A stretch of DNA of 64,000 bases from assembly GCF_009914755.1 (NCBI RefSeq), contig NC_060927.1; one strand, 5' to 3'. The position numbers and the translations under genes were made by a program. Under the pieces are notes generated by a model. That model was not told the origin of the DNA. It searched no databases and saw only the letters and a list, made by a program, of their open reading frames with translations. Below are positions 45,207-64,000 of this stretch, piece by piece (positions within the stretch are counted from its first letter, which is position 1; every line of letters begins with the position of its first letter). Origin of the DNA: the human T2T-CHM13v2.0 reference genome, Homo sapiens.

Positions 45207-46530
45207 CCATCTACCTCCTTTGTTCAACTGCATTGTAAAAGGGAGTGCCTATTCCATACTCCAACAAATTCATATACCCCCAGTAGCTCCCAGTTCTTAT
45301 ACTTGAGCCATTATTTCCTTCACCAACATAAAGCTGATTCTTTTTCAAAACAAAAACAGAAAAAGTAAAAAAAAAAAAAAAGAAGAAAAAGAAAGCAAAT
45401 TGATTTCATGCAAATTGTCCTAATTTTATCCAGAGAGTTCCAAATCCCCTGTTGCTTTAAGGCTTTCTAAGGGGCAAGAGTCAAAACAGAAAATGGAAGA
45501 AGAGATCACATTTTCCCTGAAAAACAAAGCCATACTCCCTACCCCCATCCAAAGCCTCTGTTGCCCTCAGGCCTAAAGAATCCAAGGGACTAAAAGCTTC
45601 AGAGACCACCTGCTATGCTGAAGCAGGCCTGACAACTTCCAACCACAGACAGTTGGAAATCAAGTTGTGTGGCATTTAAAGTAAGCACCTTATTTCTATG
45701 GCAGATGTTTTTGTCAAAAAAAAAAAATCCATCCTATAAACAAAAATAGAACTCTGTGTGGTAAGGAAAATGCCTGGGAGAATCCCCTCAGGTTTACTTT
45801 TCAAAAATCATTTGTCCTCATCCAAACCTTTGTCCTAATATCATAAGCTTCCTTTAAAAAAATTAAATAACATAAACATTGCTGAGTAACTAAGTGTTCA
45901 TCACAGCCTATTTATGGCATTTTGATTGGAGTTGTTATCCCAAATCAGTGTACTACAGATTTCAAAATCGTTTTTAAAAAATAGTAGAAAAATCTAAATA
46001 TGGAAGATGAAAAACACTGAAAACTTCTTATAATCAAAGTATGCATAGATAATAAGAGCAGATGTGTTACAACATTTTCTAAATAGTCAATCCCAAAAAA
46101 GAAAAAAAGGCCAGCATTAAACTATAACCCTCTGCATAAAAGATTTATTAAGTCTGAATTCAGAAATAGTTACACATACTAACGTATGCACGTACATCTG
46201 CCACACACTTCCTGAGCAGCACCAGGTAGACCATACAACAAGAATAAGCAAGGCTGAGATTACCCTATGATTGGTGTGGTTTTTCAAGTAAAGCATGGGA
46301 AGTGTACAATAATTGACAAGGAACAGGAAAAAATGTCATGGAGAACAAGGTAGTGTCAGGGATGGATTGAAAGAGAAGAGTAAAAATTGTATCACACAAT
46401 GGTGGCAGGGACATGAAGACACAACTGAAAGCAAAACTTTTGAGGGTAAAGAAGACAGCCATCAAGAAAGAACCAAAGTAAGAAAGAGCTGCAACCGTGG
46501 GGAAAGTGGGAGTTGTATAAGAAAGATGAT

Positions 46531-52085
<5,555 letters not shown>

Positions 52086-52351
52086 AAGAAAGATGATTAA
52101 TATCTGACAGCCACCTCAGAAGCCCCCAATGTCAGAAACACAGGACACTGGAAGGGTGTCTCATTGACACTGGTAGGTCAATGAAATAAGACACATATTT
52201 CAATTTCAATCACTATAGTCTATACAATTTTAAACACATAAGTACTGCCATATAACTAACTCGGTCCTCCTAGAAGCCATTCCAGAGTAGAATTTCACAC
52301 TTCCTCTAATGTGGGAAAAGACAGAAATCCTAACGGAAAAAGATGGTAAGT

Positions 52352-52680
<329 letters not shown>

Positions 52681-53212
52681 TTAACTACTTGCAAAAATAT
52701 CTATATAAACCATTCAAAACAATAGGCTAGGAGAACATATCTACAAGAATATCTAATAAATAAAGGTTTAATATCCCATTACATAAAGGGTTCCTGCAAG
52801 TCAATAAAAAAGACAATCCAATTAAAAAACAGCCAAAAGGAAATGAAAAGACAATTCACAGAAGTAACCAATAAACATGAGGAAGAAAATACCCTTACTC
52901 ATGGTTAAAAACTTAAAAGTCAAAGTAAATAATGTCACATGATATGCAAAATTTTTCATGTTAAAAAGCCATTGTGGATGAAGTTAGGAGGCTAATACCA
53001 AGATTATGAATTAGCGACGTTATTTGAATCAACTTGGCAATATCTATCTAAATTTAAAACAAACATGCATTTTGACCTTGCAAGCATAATACCAAGGATT
53101 TGTCCTGCAGAGATACTGACATAATGAAGCAAAGATATCCACACAGTTAATTACAGATACATAGCTGTTCACTGCCACCCTGTTTGTAATGGTTTAAAAA
53201 CAAATTGAAGTA

Positions 53213-53562
<350 letters not shown>

Positions 53563-53608
53563 TTAACCATATATTATGATGTGATTAAAAAGAATATCAT
53601 AAATCTAA

Positions 53609-53930
<322 letters not shown>

Positions 53931-54029
53931 TTAAGACACATTTTTATGTGAACAAAAAAGTTACAAAACTACAGATAGAACATGATTCTATTTGAGTTAT
54001 TTCATGTATATACATAAATATACACTATA

Positions 54030-54592
54030 TAAAAAGGGGTTCAGGGATACACCACCCCAAAGTATGGCACATTGACCTTTGAGGAAATATCAGAAGCAGG
54101 AATGACTCTCTGACCTCTCCCACCCTTCTCCCCTGAAGCAGGTCATAAAAGAATTACCTGACCTTCCTGTAACATAGGATGTAAGACTTTCATTCCAAAA
54201 GTGCCTTCCCTATGCCCAGGAAAAAAAAAAAAAAAAAAAAATCCTTATCCTCGAAGACACAGAGACACCAAGAGGAATCTGAGCAAACAAGCCTTGCTAA
54301 GTTCCCCTCAGCTTACCAATATTTGATCATATCCTTTTGCCATCCCATCATTCTTCTGCCCAACTGTACATAAAAATACACAGGTTTCCCCATGCTTTGG
54401 ATCTTCATCTCTCTTTTTTTTTTTTTTTTTGAGTTGGGGGAGGGGCTTCTTCATTCTTAAGGCTCCTGTGTCACATAAAACTTACATTAAATAAATTTGT
54501 ATGCTTTTCTCTTGTTAATTTGTATTTTGTTATAGGAGTCTCAGCTATGAACTTAGTGGTGGGTAAGGAAAGATATCTTTTCTCTTCTACAA
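54030..54592 (+). mobile_element. Solo ERV1 LTR (MER39-like)
   Basis: ggggttcagggatacaccaccccaaagtatggcac...aaaacttacattaaataaatttgtatgc...ttctcttctaca. Similar to 4602-5118. Confidence 0.7.
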
Positions 54593-55159
54593 TAGGCTTG
54601 GAAATTTCTAGAATTTGTGGAAAGGAAATGGTATTTAAAGAGAAAGGGATGAGAGTAAATCCCACCTTAAAACCTTGTTGAGGCGTTTTCTTGTCTTTGC
54701 CATGAGCAAATATTGTTTTGAAAGTTTTAAAACATATATATGGGAGATGTTATATTCACTTTAAAATTCCATATAATTTGCAAGAGCTATCAAAATAAAA
54801 TAATTGTCATTGCAACTCTGCCAACTGCAAGCCCAATAAAGCAAAAGAACACTGAACAACCTGGATTTAAATCCTGGAGTCACTTCTCAGTCACATTACC
54901 TTCTTTTCTACTTACTTAGTTAACTCTGAGCCAGTTTCTTCACATTTTAAGAGAATCGTGGTGAAGATTAAATGAAATAACATGTAAAGAGTGTCTTGCT
55001 CAATTTTGCATACACATTAGGCTTTCAACAAATACTAGTTTCTTTCCATTTTTTCTGAATGACATCAGAGCTCAGAAAATGCAGCGGCTCAAAGTAGTGG
55101 CAGATTCTCAGTTATCTGAAATTCTACAGCAGGACAATAAAACTGCTTCCAAATGTTGA

Positions 55160-56022
55160 AGGAATTTGCGTTTCTACACCATCCTAAGCAATGTGGCCTA
55201 ATCCCATGGCATTAATTCCAATCCACACACAGATAACTCCAAATGTAAATCTCAAGCCCCATCCTTTGCCTTCAGTTCCAGACTTGCTCGTATAACTGCT
55301 GAAGATGACAAGCATTAATAAGATCTTAAACATCACATAAATCTTAAACCTGCTTTTCTTCAGCCTCTCCATCTCAGTAAATGGTTCCAGCATCCCCTAA
55401 TTATTTAAAATCCAAACCAAAGATTCATGATTGTTTCCTTTCTCCATCCTTCACAGTCTTGACTCTCCATTTGCAATAACCCACATCTGCCATTTGTCTC
55501 CATCAATCTGGTGACCCCCTTTCTCAATGTCACAGCCAATATGGTATTTTTAAATGGTCAAGTAGACGTCTCAAATACTCCAGCAACCTCCCACTGGGAG
55601 CGTAATTAATCCCAAACTCCTCGCCAGGGGCCTGCATGGTCTCTTTCCAGCCTCTCCCTCCTGCCCTTCTTTCCAAAGATCACTAGACTCTGCACAGTTC
55701 CCCAGCACACTTTGCACTCGCTGTACTCGCTGTTTCTTTTCCCTGAAATACTTGCTTCTCAGCTATGTGTATGCCTTACTCCTTTTTTATATTCAGGTGA
55801 AGATTAAGTAATTTAAAGGGACAAGTCCTGTCCACCCAATCTAAAGCAGCCTCCTAGTTAACTACTATTAACAGTCATTTTCTTCATTTCCTGTCACTGT
55901 TCACTAAAATGTAAGCTCCGTAAGGACAGAAATGTTTTATCATCCCATGATTTTCTGTGCCTAGACGAATGCCTGCCACACAGCAGTAACTACATACATT
56001 TTTGTTCACTGGACTAATGAAT
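55160..56022 (+). mobile_element. L2 3' region
   Basis: ctccatctcagtaaatgg...cccaaactcctc...aatgtaagctccgtaaggacaga...gtgcctagacgaatgcctgccacacagcag...tgaa. Confidence 0.75.
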
Positions 56023-59000
56023 TGGTGGTTCAACAAACAGATCTAAAGGAGATCCCCAACTCTTGTTGGTTGCCTTTTAAAAAATTAAAGAGTATTTTAA
56101 GAATAAAAGCAGAGACTGATTTGTGGTTATCTCAGAGCCAGTGAATTTTAGCATTTAAAGCTAAGATCTGATGAAGAGCCAACACAAATGGTAAAAAATG
56201 ATAATGGTTAGCTTAGATTTTAATCGATTTGTGTTACTTGTGCTAATACCAAAGAACTTGATTTGAAAGTGTTTTATTAGATCAATCAGAATATAGTGGA
56301 GTCACCCAGCTGGCTGCAAACTTATCCAGTCAAAATATCTTCCAGAACTTCAAGTTTCAAAATAGATAAACTTCCTAAATCAGGTCTTTGGGCTGCCTGC
56401 AAGAGTCTGCCATATTTTAGGCTCCTCTAGTTTTCTGAGAATTAACCCTTCCTTTGGCATATACCGTCTACATTTTCTTCTTTCTGACTCCGGCACTGTA
56501 GTTAATCACACAAAGGTGAGGCTCTTAACACTAAATCTGTATATTTGTTTACATTATGAGAAACAGAGAAAAGACTTTATACAAAAATGGTGGCAACTAT
56601 GATTGATTCTGGCTTAGAGGGTTAAGGATAATTCATATTCTTCTTTATTCTCTTCCCTGTTTTCCAATAAACAAGTAACATTTTACAAATAAATACAGTT
56701 TTTAAAAACTTCTTAAACTAGTACCTAATATCCTATGTACCCAAAAGGAATAAGAACTAAAAAAGAGACTTGAAAATTAAAAGACAGACACTAAACTTCT
56801 TTCATATGATTGAAGAAATTTTTGGAATTTAAGATATTCTTTTATGGCTCACCACAGAAACTACTTCTAATTTTTAATTTTTTAGGGAAAAATTTATTAT
56901 TCTTAAAAGTTGTTTATCTAACCCTAAAATTCTGATCCAAATTTATTATTAAAAATCAAACTGGTCCACATTTAAGTCACCTTTGCCTGACTTACAGCCA
57001 CAGCAATGCATTAAGGGAACAAAATTCTCGGTATTTTGGTAATTTCACAGGACCACGGCAGTAGACTCAGAGTAGATGCTTGACAAATAATAAAATACAA
57101 GCCTTAAATATGAGATGGCACTCTTGCATATTACTGATTATATTATTAATGCTAACATCACTAGGATCCTAGTGTAATGCTAGGATCATTGCCAAGTTTA
57201 AGTACACTGTGTTTAAATATGATGCATGCACTTGAAGCAGTAGAACCTCAATTCAACAAAAAGCACTGAGGCAGCATACTTGTCAACATCCGGGAGATGT
57301 AGGAGCTTTGCCTGGACTCCGGCTCTCCCAGACGTGGGTCACTACAACATTCAGTACAGGAATGAACAATGTATCGAACTGTTATCCTGTAAGGCTGCTT
57401 CCCTGAAGGATTGTTCACAGAGGAAAATTATGTCGCAATCTGCATGCTATTTTGAATTTTCATAACTGATTCAGCACTCCAATTGCTGATAAGTACCGTA
57501 ATCAGAAATCTTTTTCCTCCCACAGAACAAGAACAATTCAAACATCAGAATTTATCCCCACAATCCAGATCTGAAAAATGAAAAAGCAACAACTAGACCT
57601 ACATCTTCTTTAAATCTCAAAGAAACATTTGCTCTGTGCAAGACAGTGCTATTCTAATGATAGAGGAAACTTCTGATGAATAATGCAGAAGCACCTGTGG
57701 ACATTTAGGCACTAGTGGCCATTTAAATGCTCTTTCCCTACGTGAACAAGTGACCACAAGAACTCCTTTTTTTTTTTTTTTTTGTCTTGAAGCACTTGAC
57801 TCAGAAACATAAAAATAGTCAAGATTGGTTTAACTGAAATCACACTTCTGTGTGATCTGTATGCATCCTTTCTTTTGTTCCAGAAATGTGAGGATCCAAG
57901 GTTTTAAACCTAAGCCAGTCTGGCCAGCTTGACTCATCCAGGACATCTTTCAGTAGTTTCACAGTGGCCATCAGCTCTGTCAGACACCGGACATGGCTTG
58001 AAAGGGCCATGTCAGCAAGTGATCATTATTGTGTCTGAAAAGAGCTGTGCTTGATGGCTGAAATATTACAACTACCAAAAAGCTACAAGTGGAAACTCCA
58101 TAGAATCAGCTCATTTGTAGTCACAGAATACTCTATTCCTACCCACTTTCACACACGCTACTCCCTATATCTCCATATCAAGAAAAAAGTCCTGTCTTCT
58201 TTAAGTCAATTACCATGCTTTAATCCAGAATTTGGAATTATTCAGGGAAACCAAATCAAGTATCTATTACCTTCTAGAGCCATCATCATATCCATGAACA
58301 AATCAGCTGTAAAGCGGTTTATCTTTGGGGATTAAATACTTTCCAGTCCAAAATGCAGTTTTTAAAATGCAATTTTTGCCTTCTCTTCTGTATTGAGATG
58401 ACTAGGCCTATGTCAATTTAACTGTGTCTCTATAAAGTCATGCAAATGTAGGCACTTTAAAATGACTGCTCACAAAAAAATTGTTAAGAGCTCTGCTTAA
58501 AAATCTTGCAAATAAAAAAAACAGTTCCTCATACAATTTTTCTAAATGGTGGTGAGGGAGTGTTCTTAAAGTTATATCCTGATTTATGGAAATCTTTTAT
58601 TAGTAAACTAAAGAGGATGGTCTGCACATGATCTGTAATATTATTATTATGAATGCTCATGGCAATTACATTAGAGAAGTAATCCTCATTTGAATTTCTG
58701 ATATTAATAAAAAGCTCATTTCCAACTTGCCAAATTCCCAGGCTATGCTGATCTCCAAAGCCTATCCCACTTAGACACACACACACACATCAAAATTCTT
58801 TTCTGAAAAAGAAAAATCACTTTCCCTCCTACTACTAACATTGCCAATGAGGTCAGTGGTTGACCATAACGTATTTCCAGATTTTTCCCTTCCCTGAGTG
58901 TGAAGAACTCAAGTTTTTCTCTTTTTACCATGATAAATCCTATTGCAGGGGCTGGAGGTGAGACAGTCAGGAGACGTTTTAGATCATGAGGAGGGTCACC

Positions 59001-59275
59001 CTGGAGGGGAGAAAGGGGGCTACAGCTCCCATTGCTGAGGGCACCAAGACCTACCTACTTGTTAGATCCCCACCTTCTCAAATGTATCATAGTCCAAGCA
59101 TGGAGATGCTCTAAGAGGCTATGCAGTTTCGAGGTCATAATCTTATTTTGATTATTGTATATCTGCTTCTGCACTGGTAATATGCTCCTTGAAACAGTTT
59201 AGTTTTCTTCAAAAAAAAAAAAACCTACTCTTTCCTGTTTCCTTCACTGTTTCTTTCAGCACTTATTATATAACA

Positions 59276-59276
<1 letters not shown>

Positions 59277-59311
<35 letters not shown>
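59277..59311 (+). repeat. (CA)n microsatellite within an L2 3' end remnant (about 59225-59470)
   Basis: CA run, then ctggaatgtaagttccatgaggg...gttgatgaataaat. Confidence 0.85.
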
Positions 59312-59316
<5 letters not shown>

Positions 59317-59502
59317 TAAACACACCTACTTGCATTATTATTTCCGTCTCTCCTGCTGGAATGTAAGTTCCATGAGGGTAAGAATTTTTATATGCTTTTA
59401 TTACTGCTATATCTCCCATACCTGCCAGTGTTTGGCAAGAGGTAAATGCTAAGTAGTTGATGAATAAATCAAAAGATAAATTATAGCAGAAACTCCATGG
59501 TG

Positions 59503-59797
59503 GGCCAGGTGCGCTGGCCCACGCCTATAATGCCAACACTTTGGGAGGTTGAGAGGGGGCAGATCACTTGAGGCCGGGAGTTCGAGATCAGCCTGGCCAA
59601 CATGGCCAACCCCATCTCTACTAAACTACAAAAATTAGCCGGGTATGGTGGTGCATGCCTGTAATCCCAGCTACTCAGGAGGCTGAGGCACGAGAACCAC
59701 TTGAAGCCAGTAGGCAGAGTTTGCAATGAGCCGCACCACTGCACTCCTCCCTCAGCAACAGAGCGAGACTCTGTCTCAAAAAACAAACAAACAAAAC
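59503..59797 (+). mobile_element. AluS with (CAAA)n tail
   Basis: Target duplication aactccatggtg. Confidence 0.95.
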
Positions 59798-60784
59798 AAC
59801 TCCATGGTGAAGCATTCCTGACTCCATCTTTTTTTTTAACTTAAAGGTATTATAGGCTGCAATCCACGTCTCCTCTAAATTCCTTTGAGTTGTTCTAACA
59901 GCATCAATAACTAAGCCTAAAGCAGACTCCCTACTGCTTACCATCCACGGGTGCCAAGAAAACTTGCATTTCAATATCAAGTTAATTTAACTGTGAAAAT
60001 AATTTCATGTATCCTTCCAAAATAATCACCCTAATTTCTTCAAGTCAAAACAACTCAGAAAATAAGATGTTTGTGACCAAAAGAGGGCTGTAAGAGCCTG
60101 GCCTTCACAGCCCCTCCAACCAAGAAACAGCAGCAGCGTGTTGCTCTGTTACACCTGTGCCCTTAGAAAAGGTTCAGACTGTGCTTAACTGCGCTGCCTA
60201 CTGGTAACCATCAAATGAGGAATAAGCATTGCGCAAGGTAGTTTTGGGGGAAAAGCCTCTTTTCCCCCAAATCAATAGCATTACCCTTCCCATTTTCCCA
60301 GAGGCCTCACTGTGGTGAGTGGGACTGAAACCATGGGGCTTCAGGTCACCATGACCAACAGAGGGCAATGGAGCTGGTTGCTGAGCACTTACAGGACAGT
60401 GGGGACTAAATGAAGACTGAAGGATCCACCCATAAGGGGGCCAGAGGTTCCCTCACTGTCTAGAACAACTGGCTGAAGCCTGGCTCTGGGCTCCAGAGGC
60501 TGGAGAAAACTGCTTCTCTCAGAACTGCTGCTTAAGTAAGCAGGGCCCAGGAGGCATGAGAAAGTAAACCCAGCCCCTCTACCAAAAGCCAAACCAAGCC
60601 TCATGCCAGAAAGCTCACAGAAAGAAAGGGAGAACTGCGGGCAGAGAAAGGTGTTCAGGGACCAGCTATGTTCTTAAAGTTGTATTTCTTTAAATGACAG
60701 AGTGGAGGACTGGATACCTGGGTGATTCCTATACTATTCTTTGACTTGGCTATACAGTTGAAATGTTCCATATGGCAAGAGTGG

Positions 60785-60975
60785 TTCATGGGTAAAAGCG
60801 TGAACTATGAAGGCTGTGGGTCTTGGAAAAGATAGTTAACTTCCCTGGACTGGACTCACTTCCTTCATCTGTAACTGGGCATGATAATGTTGTCTGTTTG
60901 ATGGGACTGTGGTGAGGATTCAATGAATTAATGTAAGAAAAGTGCTGAGGACAATCTCTAACACATAATAATGGC
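60785..60975 (+). mobile_element. MIR
   Basis: ttaacttccctggac...cacttccttcatctgtaactggg...gtggtgaggattcaatgaattaatgtaagaaaagtgct. Confidence 0.75.
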
Positions 60976-61696
60976 AGACTCAACGTGTCATTCATTTCTT
61001 AATTAAAAAAAAAAAAACTAAAATCTCTCAGCTCTATTGCCAGCTACACTCACTCATATGACCTCATTCAGCCCCCATCTCTTTTTCCTTTCCATCTACT
61101 TGTCACAAACTCCAGCACCCAAAATGCCTAGTCATAGTTCTTTTTATACTCATAGGTACTTCTCAAGCCCTGCAGCTTGCATCTCCTCCATCTGGACATT
61201 TCAGTAAACTTTCAAGGCTGAAAGCAGAGCACTGAGGAATTAAAAAAGACTGTGCAACCCCTCAGCCACAGCCTCCAATGGTTACTGATGATCCATAACC
61301 TACAGCCTGCTCTGAGAGGACTATGCACATTGTGCACTTGCCTCAAGACTCAAAACAAGATTCAGACTTGATTTAACCTACCCCTTCTGAAGGTTAGAAA
61401 TATCCCATATCTCAAAACAAAGGCAGTCTTTACAGCTGCAGTACACCTTATTTTTGTGACATATGCTTCTTCTTAAACATTTGGCTCACTGAGCAAATCC
61501 TACAGAGATCAGTTCATTCCTTCTAGTAGTCTTTTTGCTTGCAAGTCTAAGAGCTGCCACCTGATGAAAAGCCATGCCTTGCGGTAGAGCATTGCATGGG
61601 AAATTGATTCTTAAACATCTAATTAATTACTGATTTTCCTTAAAAATTGAACTCCTTATTAAAATATCATATATGCTTTGAATGATTGCAAATTAC

Positions 61697-62120
61697 TGTT
61701 TAGATACTTTTGGCTGCAAATAAGAGAACGACAAATTGCTTAAAAGATAAAGAATTTTTAAATCCCATATAAGAAATTTGGAAGGCAGTAAAATTAGTTT
61801 ATTTAGCAATTGAATAATTCATTGAAAATCCAAGTTTCTTCCATGTTTCTACTCTAATCATCATAAACGCATAGGTTGACAGATGGCTGTAGCAGCTCCA
61901 GGCATCATAGCCTCAAATCATTTCATCGTATCTTTTTTAAGAGGAAAGAAAACTTTTTCAAAAGTGCCCCAACTTCCCCAACTTCCCTCACATCTCACTG
62001 GCCAGCATTGTGTCACTTGTTCCTACCTACTCCAATCATTCAGCAGGAAACTGGAATAACCAATGTGATCAAGATTCACCCAGGACTAGGCAGATAACCT
62101 AGACTTCCCTGGAATAGGAT
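61697..62120 (-). mobile_element. Old MaLR LTR (MLT1-type)
   Basis: cttttggctgcaaataagaga...agatggctgtagcagctccaggcatca...acatctcactggccag. Confidence 0.6.
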
Positions 62121-62329
62121 TAACCTGTTGAGGCGCTGTTTTAAAAAAAGGGAAAATGTAGTCAATGTTTTGTTGTTGTTGCTGTTGTTGTTGTTTTTAT
62201 TGTTGCTATTAGGGAAAAAAGTGAATATAGCAAATTTAAATCAAGATATCATTTTGGGAAATTTTTTAAGGGGAAGCTTCTAGGTGCTATTTAACTTTTT
62301 CAACTACAACTAAGTAGTTAGATTTTGTA

Positions 62330-62623
62330 GGCCAGGCGCGGTGGCTCTCGCCTGTAATCCCAGCACTTTGGGAGGCTGAGGCGGGTGGATTACCTGAGGT
62401 CAAGAGTTCAAGACCAGCTGGCTAACATGGAGAAACCCCGTTTCTACTAAAAATACAAAAAAATAGCTGGGTGTGGTGGCTCACACCTGTAATCCCAGCT
62501 ACTCAGGAGGCTGAGGCAGGAGAATCACTTGAACCCGGAGTGGAGGTTGCAGTGAACCGAGATCACGCCATTGCACCCCAGCTTGGGCAACAAGAGTGAA
62601 ACTCCATCTCAAAAAAAAAAAAA
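62330..62623 (+). mobile_element. AluS
   Basis: Target duplication ttagattttgt. Confidence 0.95.
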
Positions 62624-64000
62624 TTAGATTTTGTGTCTCAGCGTGATTCCATGCCAATCTGCAAACTATTTGTGATGAGTACAAAATGAGATAAGTATGC
62701 TTATCTCACATAAGTGTAGATATATTGAAAAAAATTAGAAAACTTTTATAACAATTAGATAGTCTAATTTTATATTTGTTAAATCTAATAAAACTTTGGA
62801 GCTTATATTTTTTATGTCTCGGTTTTTTACTTTTAGTAATTGATTTTTACTGTAGTCCACAAAATTATCAGTCTGTAATGGACTGGAAATTGGAACAACA
62901 ACAAAACAGTCATTCACTAGAGATAGATCACCCTATCCAACTTCTCTAATTTTTGTGTAAATTATATACTTTTAGAACAGCTTAAAGCTCAGCAGCTTTT
63001 CCCCCCAAACTGATTGGACCGTAAGCCTTTGACAGCTAAAGATACAGTCTGAACATTGTAAACTATACCTGGATGCAGAAATTATATTAAAAAATAAAAC
63101 TGACTAGGATAAATTAATGAGCCCTCAGTCAGAGGTCCATTTCCCTGTGGACTACTCAGTGCCAGAAGAGGCTAAACCCTTAACTTTGGCCAGCCCCTGG
63201 GCACAACATCAAGTAAAAAGGAATTCGAAAGTTCTATATGACTTTGGCCAGGCCAGCATTATTAGAAAAACATGGTAGGTCCTGTCCTAATAAAAGATGA
63301 GAAAAGTCCTAAGGATGAGCAAAATAAAATGCCATGTAGATAAGGATCCATATCTGTAGATAAGGAATCGATTCAAAGTTCATATTATTTTTTCCTCGAA
63401 GTGGGAAAATATTACCTACATTCAATTAGCACTTTTGCCCTTTTGCTATGGAAAATGCGTTTTGTGAGTAGTCCCTTATCATTTTTATTTCCTCAGACAG
63501 CAAATTAATTCTTATACTTCTCTACAGAGGACAGGACAAACTTGTAGTTAATATTGAAGATTAGGAAATGACCTTAGCCACAATTATCATACATCAATAA
63601 CACTTTCCCAAAACCCAAGAAAGAACCTCTCACCTACTTTAGTATGTTTACTCAGTGGATTTAAAGTAACCTTTCAAATCACCAACTGCAAAGACAACAT
63701 TCCACCTCAAAATGTATTCAAAGTGGGCTCTTGAATTGCGCTTTTATGGAATTAACCTACCATCTTCTTATGAAAAAGTCACCTGACATCCCTGGGTGCA
63801 CTAGCCAGTGCACAAAGGAAGCAAGGGGTTCAACAGTTAGGAAGACAGTTTGCACACGATCTGCACATGTTTACCGTCAAATCAAAGCTTGATGATAAAC
63901 ATCACTCAGCTTTGGCACATCTACTGATGGCATTTGTTGGTGGATTATGCTTTCTTCCCCTTATTTATTTCACAATGGTTATCATGGCACAGCTTTCCAA

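Noticed and set aside
59930-59945. Strong minus-strand donor-like ATG|GTAAGC
   Set aside because: No convincing acceptor, promoter or PLC-like coding sequence upstream. Such motifs are frequent by chance.

Overview
Primate (very likely human) genomic DNA, not prokaryotic. The window lies inside PLCH1 (phospholipase C eta 1), transcribed on the minus strand. Four coding exons (22104-22250, 19815-20058, 11927-12056, 9334-9504) splice in frame and encode the PH domain and EF-hand region. The intron at 12057-19814 is a minor-spliceosome (U12-type) AT-AC intron. The rest is intronic and rich in repeats: about 25 Alus, a near full-length L1PB nested in an ERV1 internal region, a 5.5 kb L1PA with an unusually short 3' end, several LTRs, DNA transposons, MIR/L2 fragments and microsatellites. 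Almost all ORFs in the supplied track are repeat-derived or chance. I see no convincing new biological system. The most notable items are the AT-AC intron, an unexplained 114 bp hairpin, a 48 bp direct repeat bracketing one exon, and several local duplications. Repeat subfamily names come from recalled consensus sequences, and repeat boundaries are approximate.
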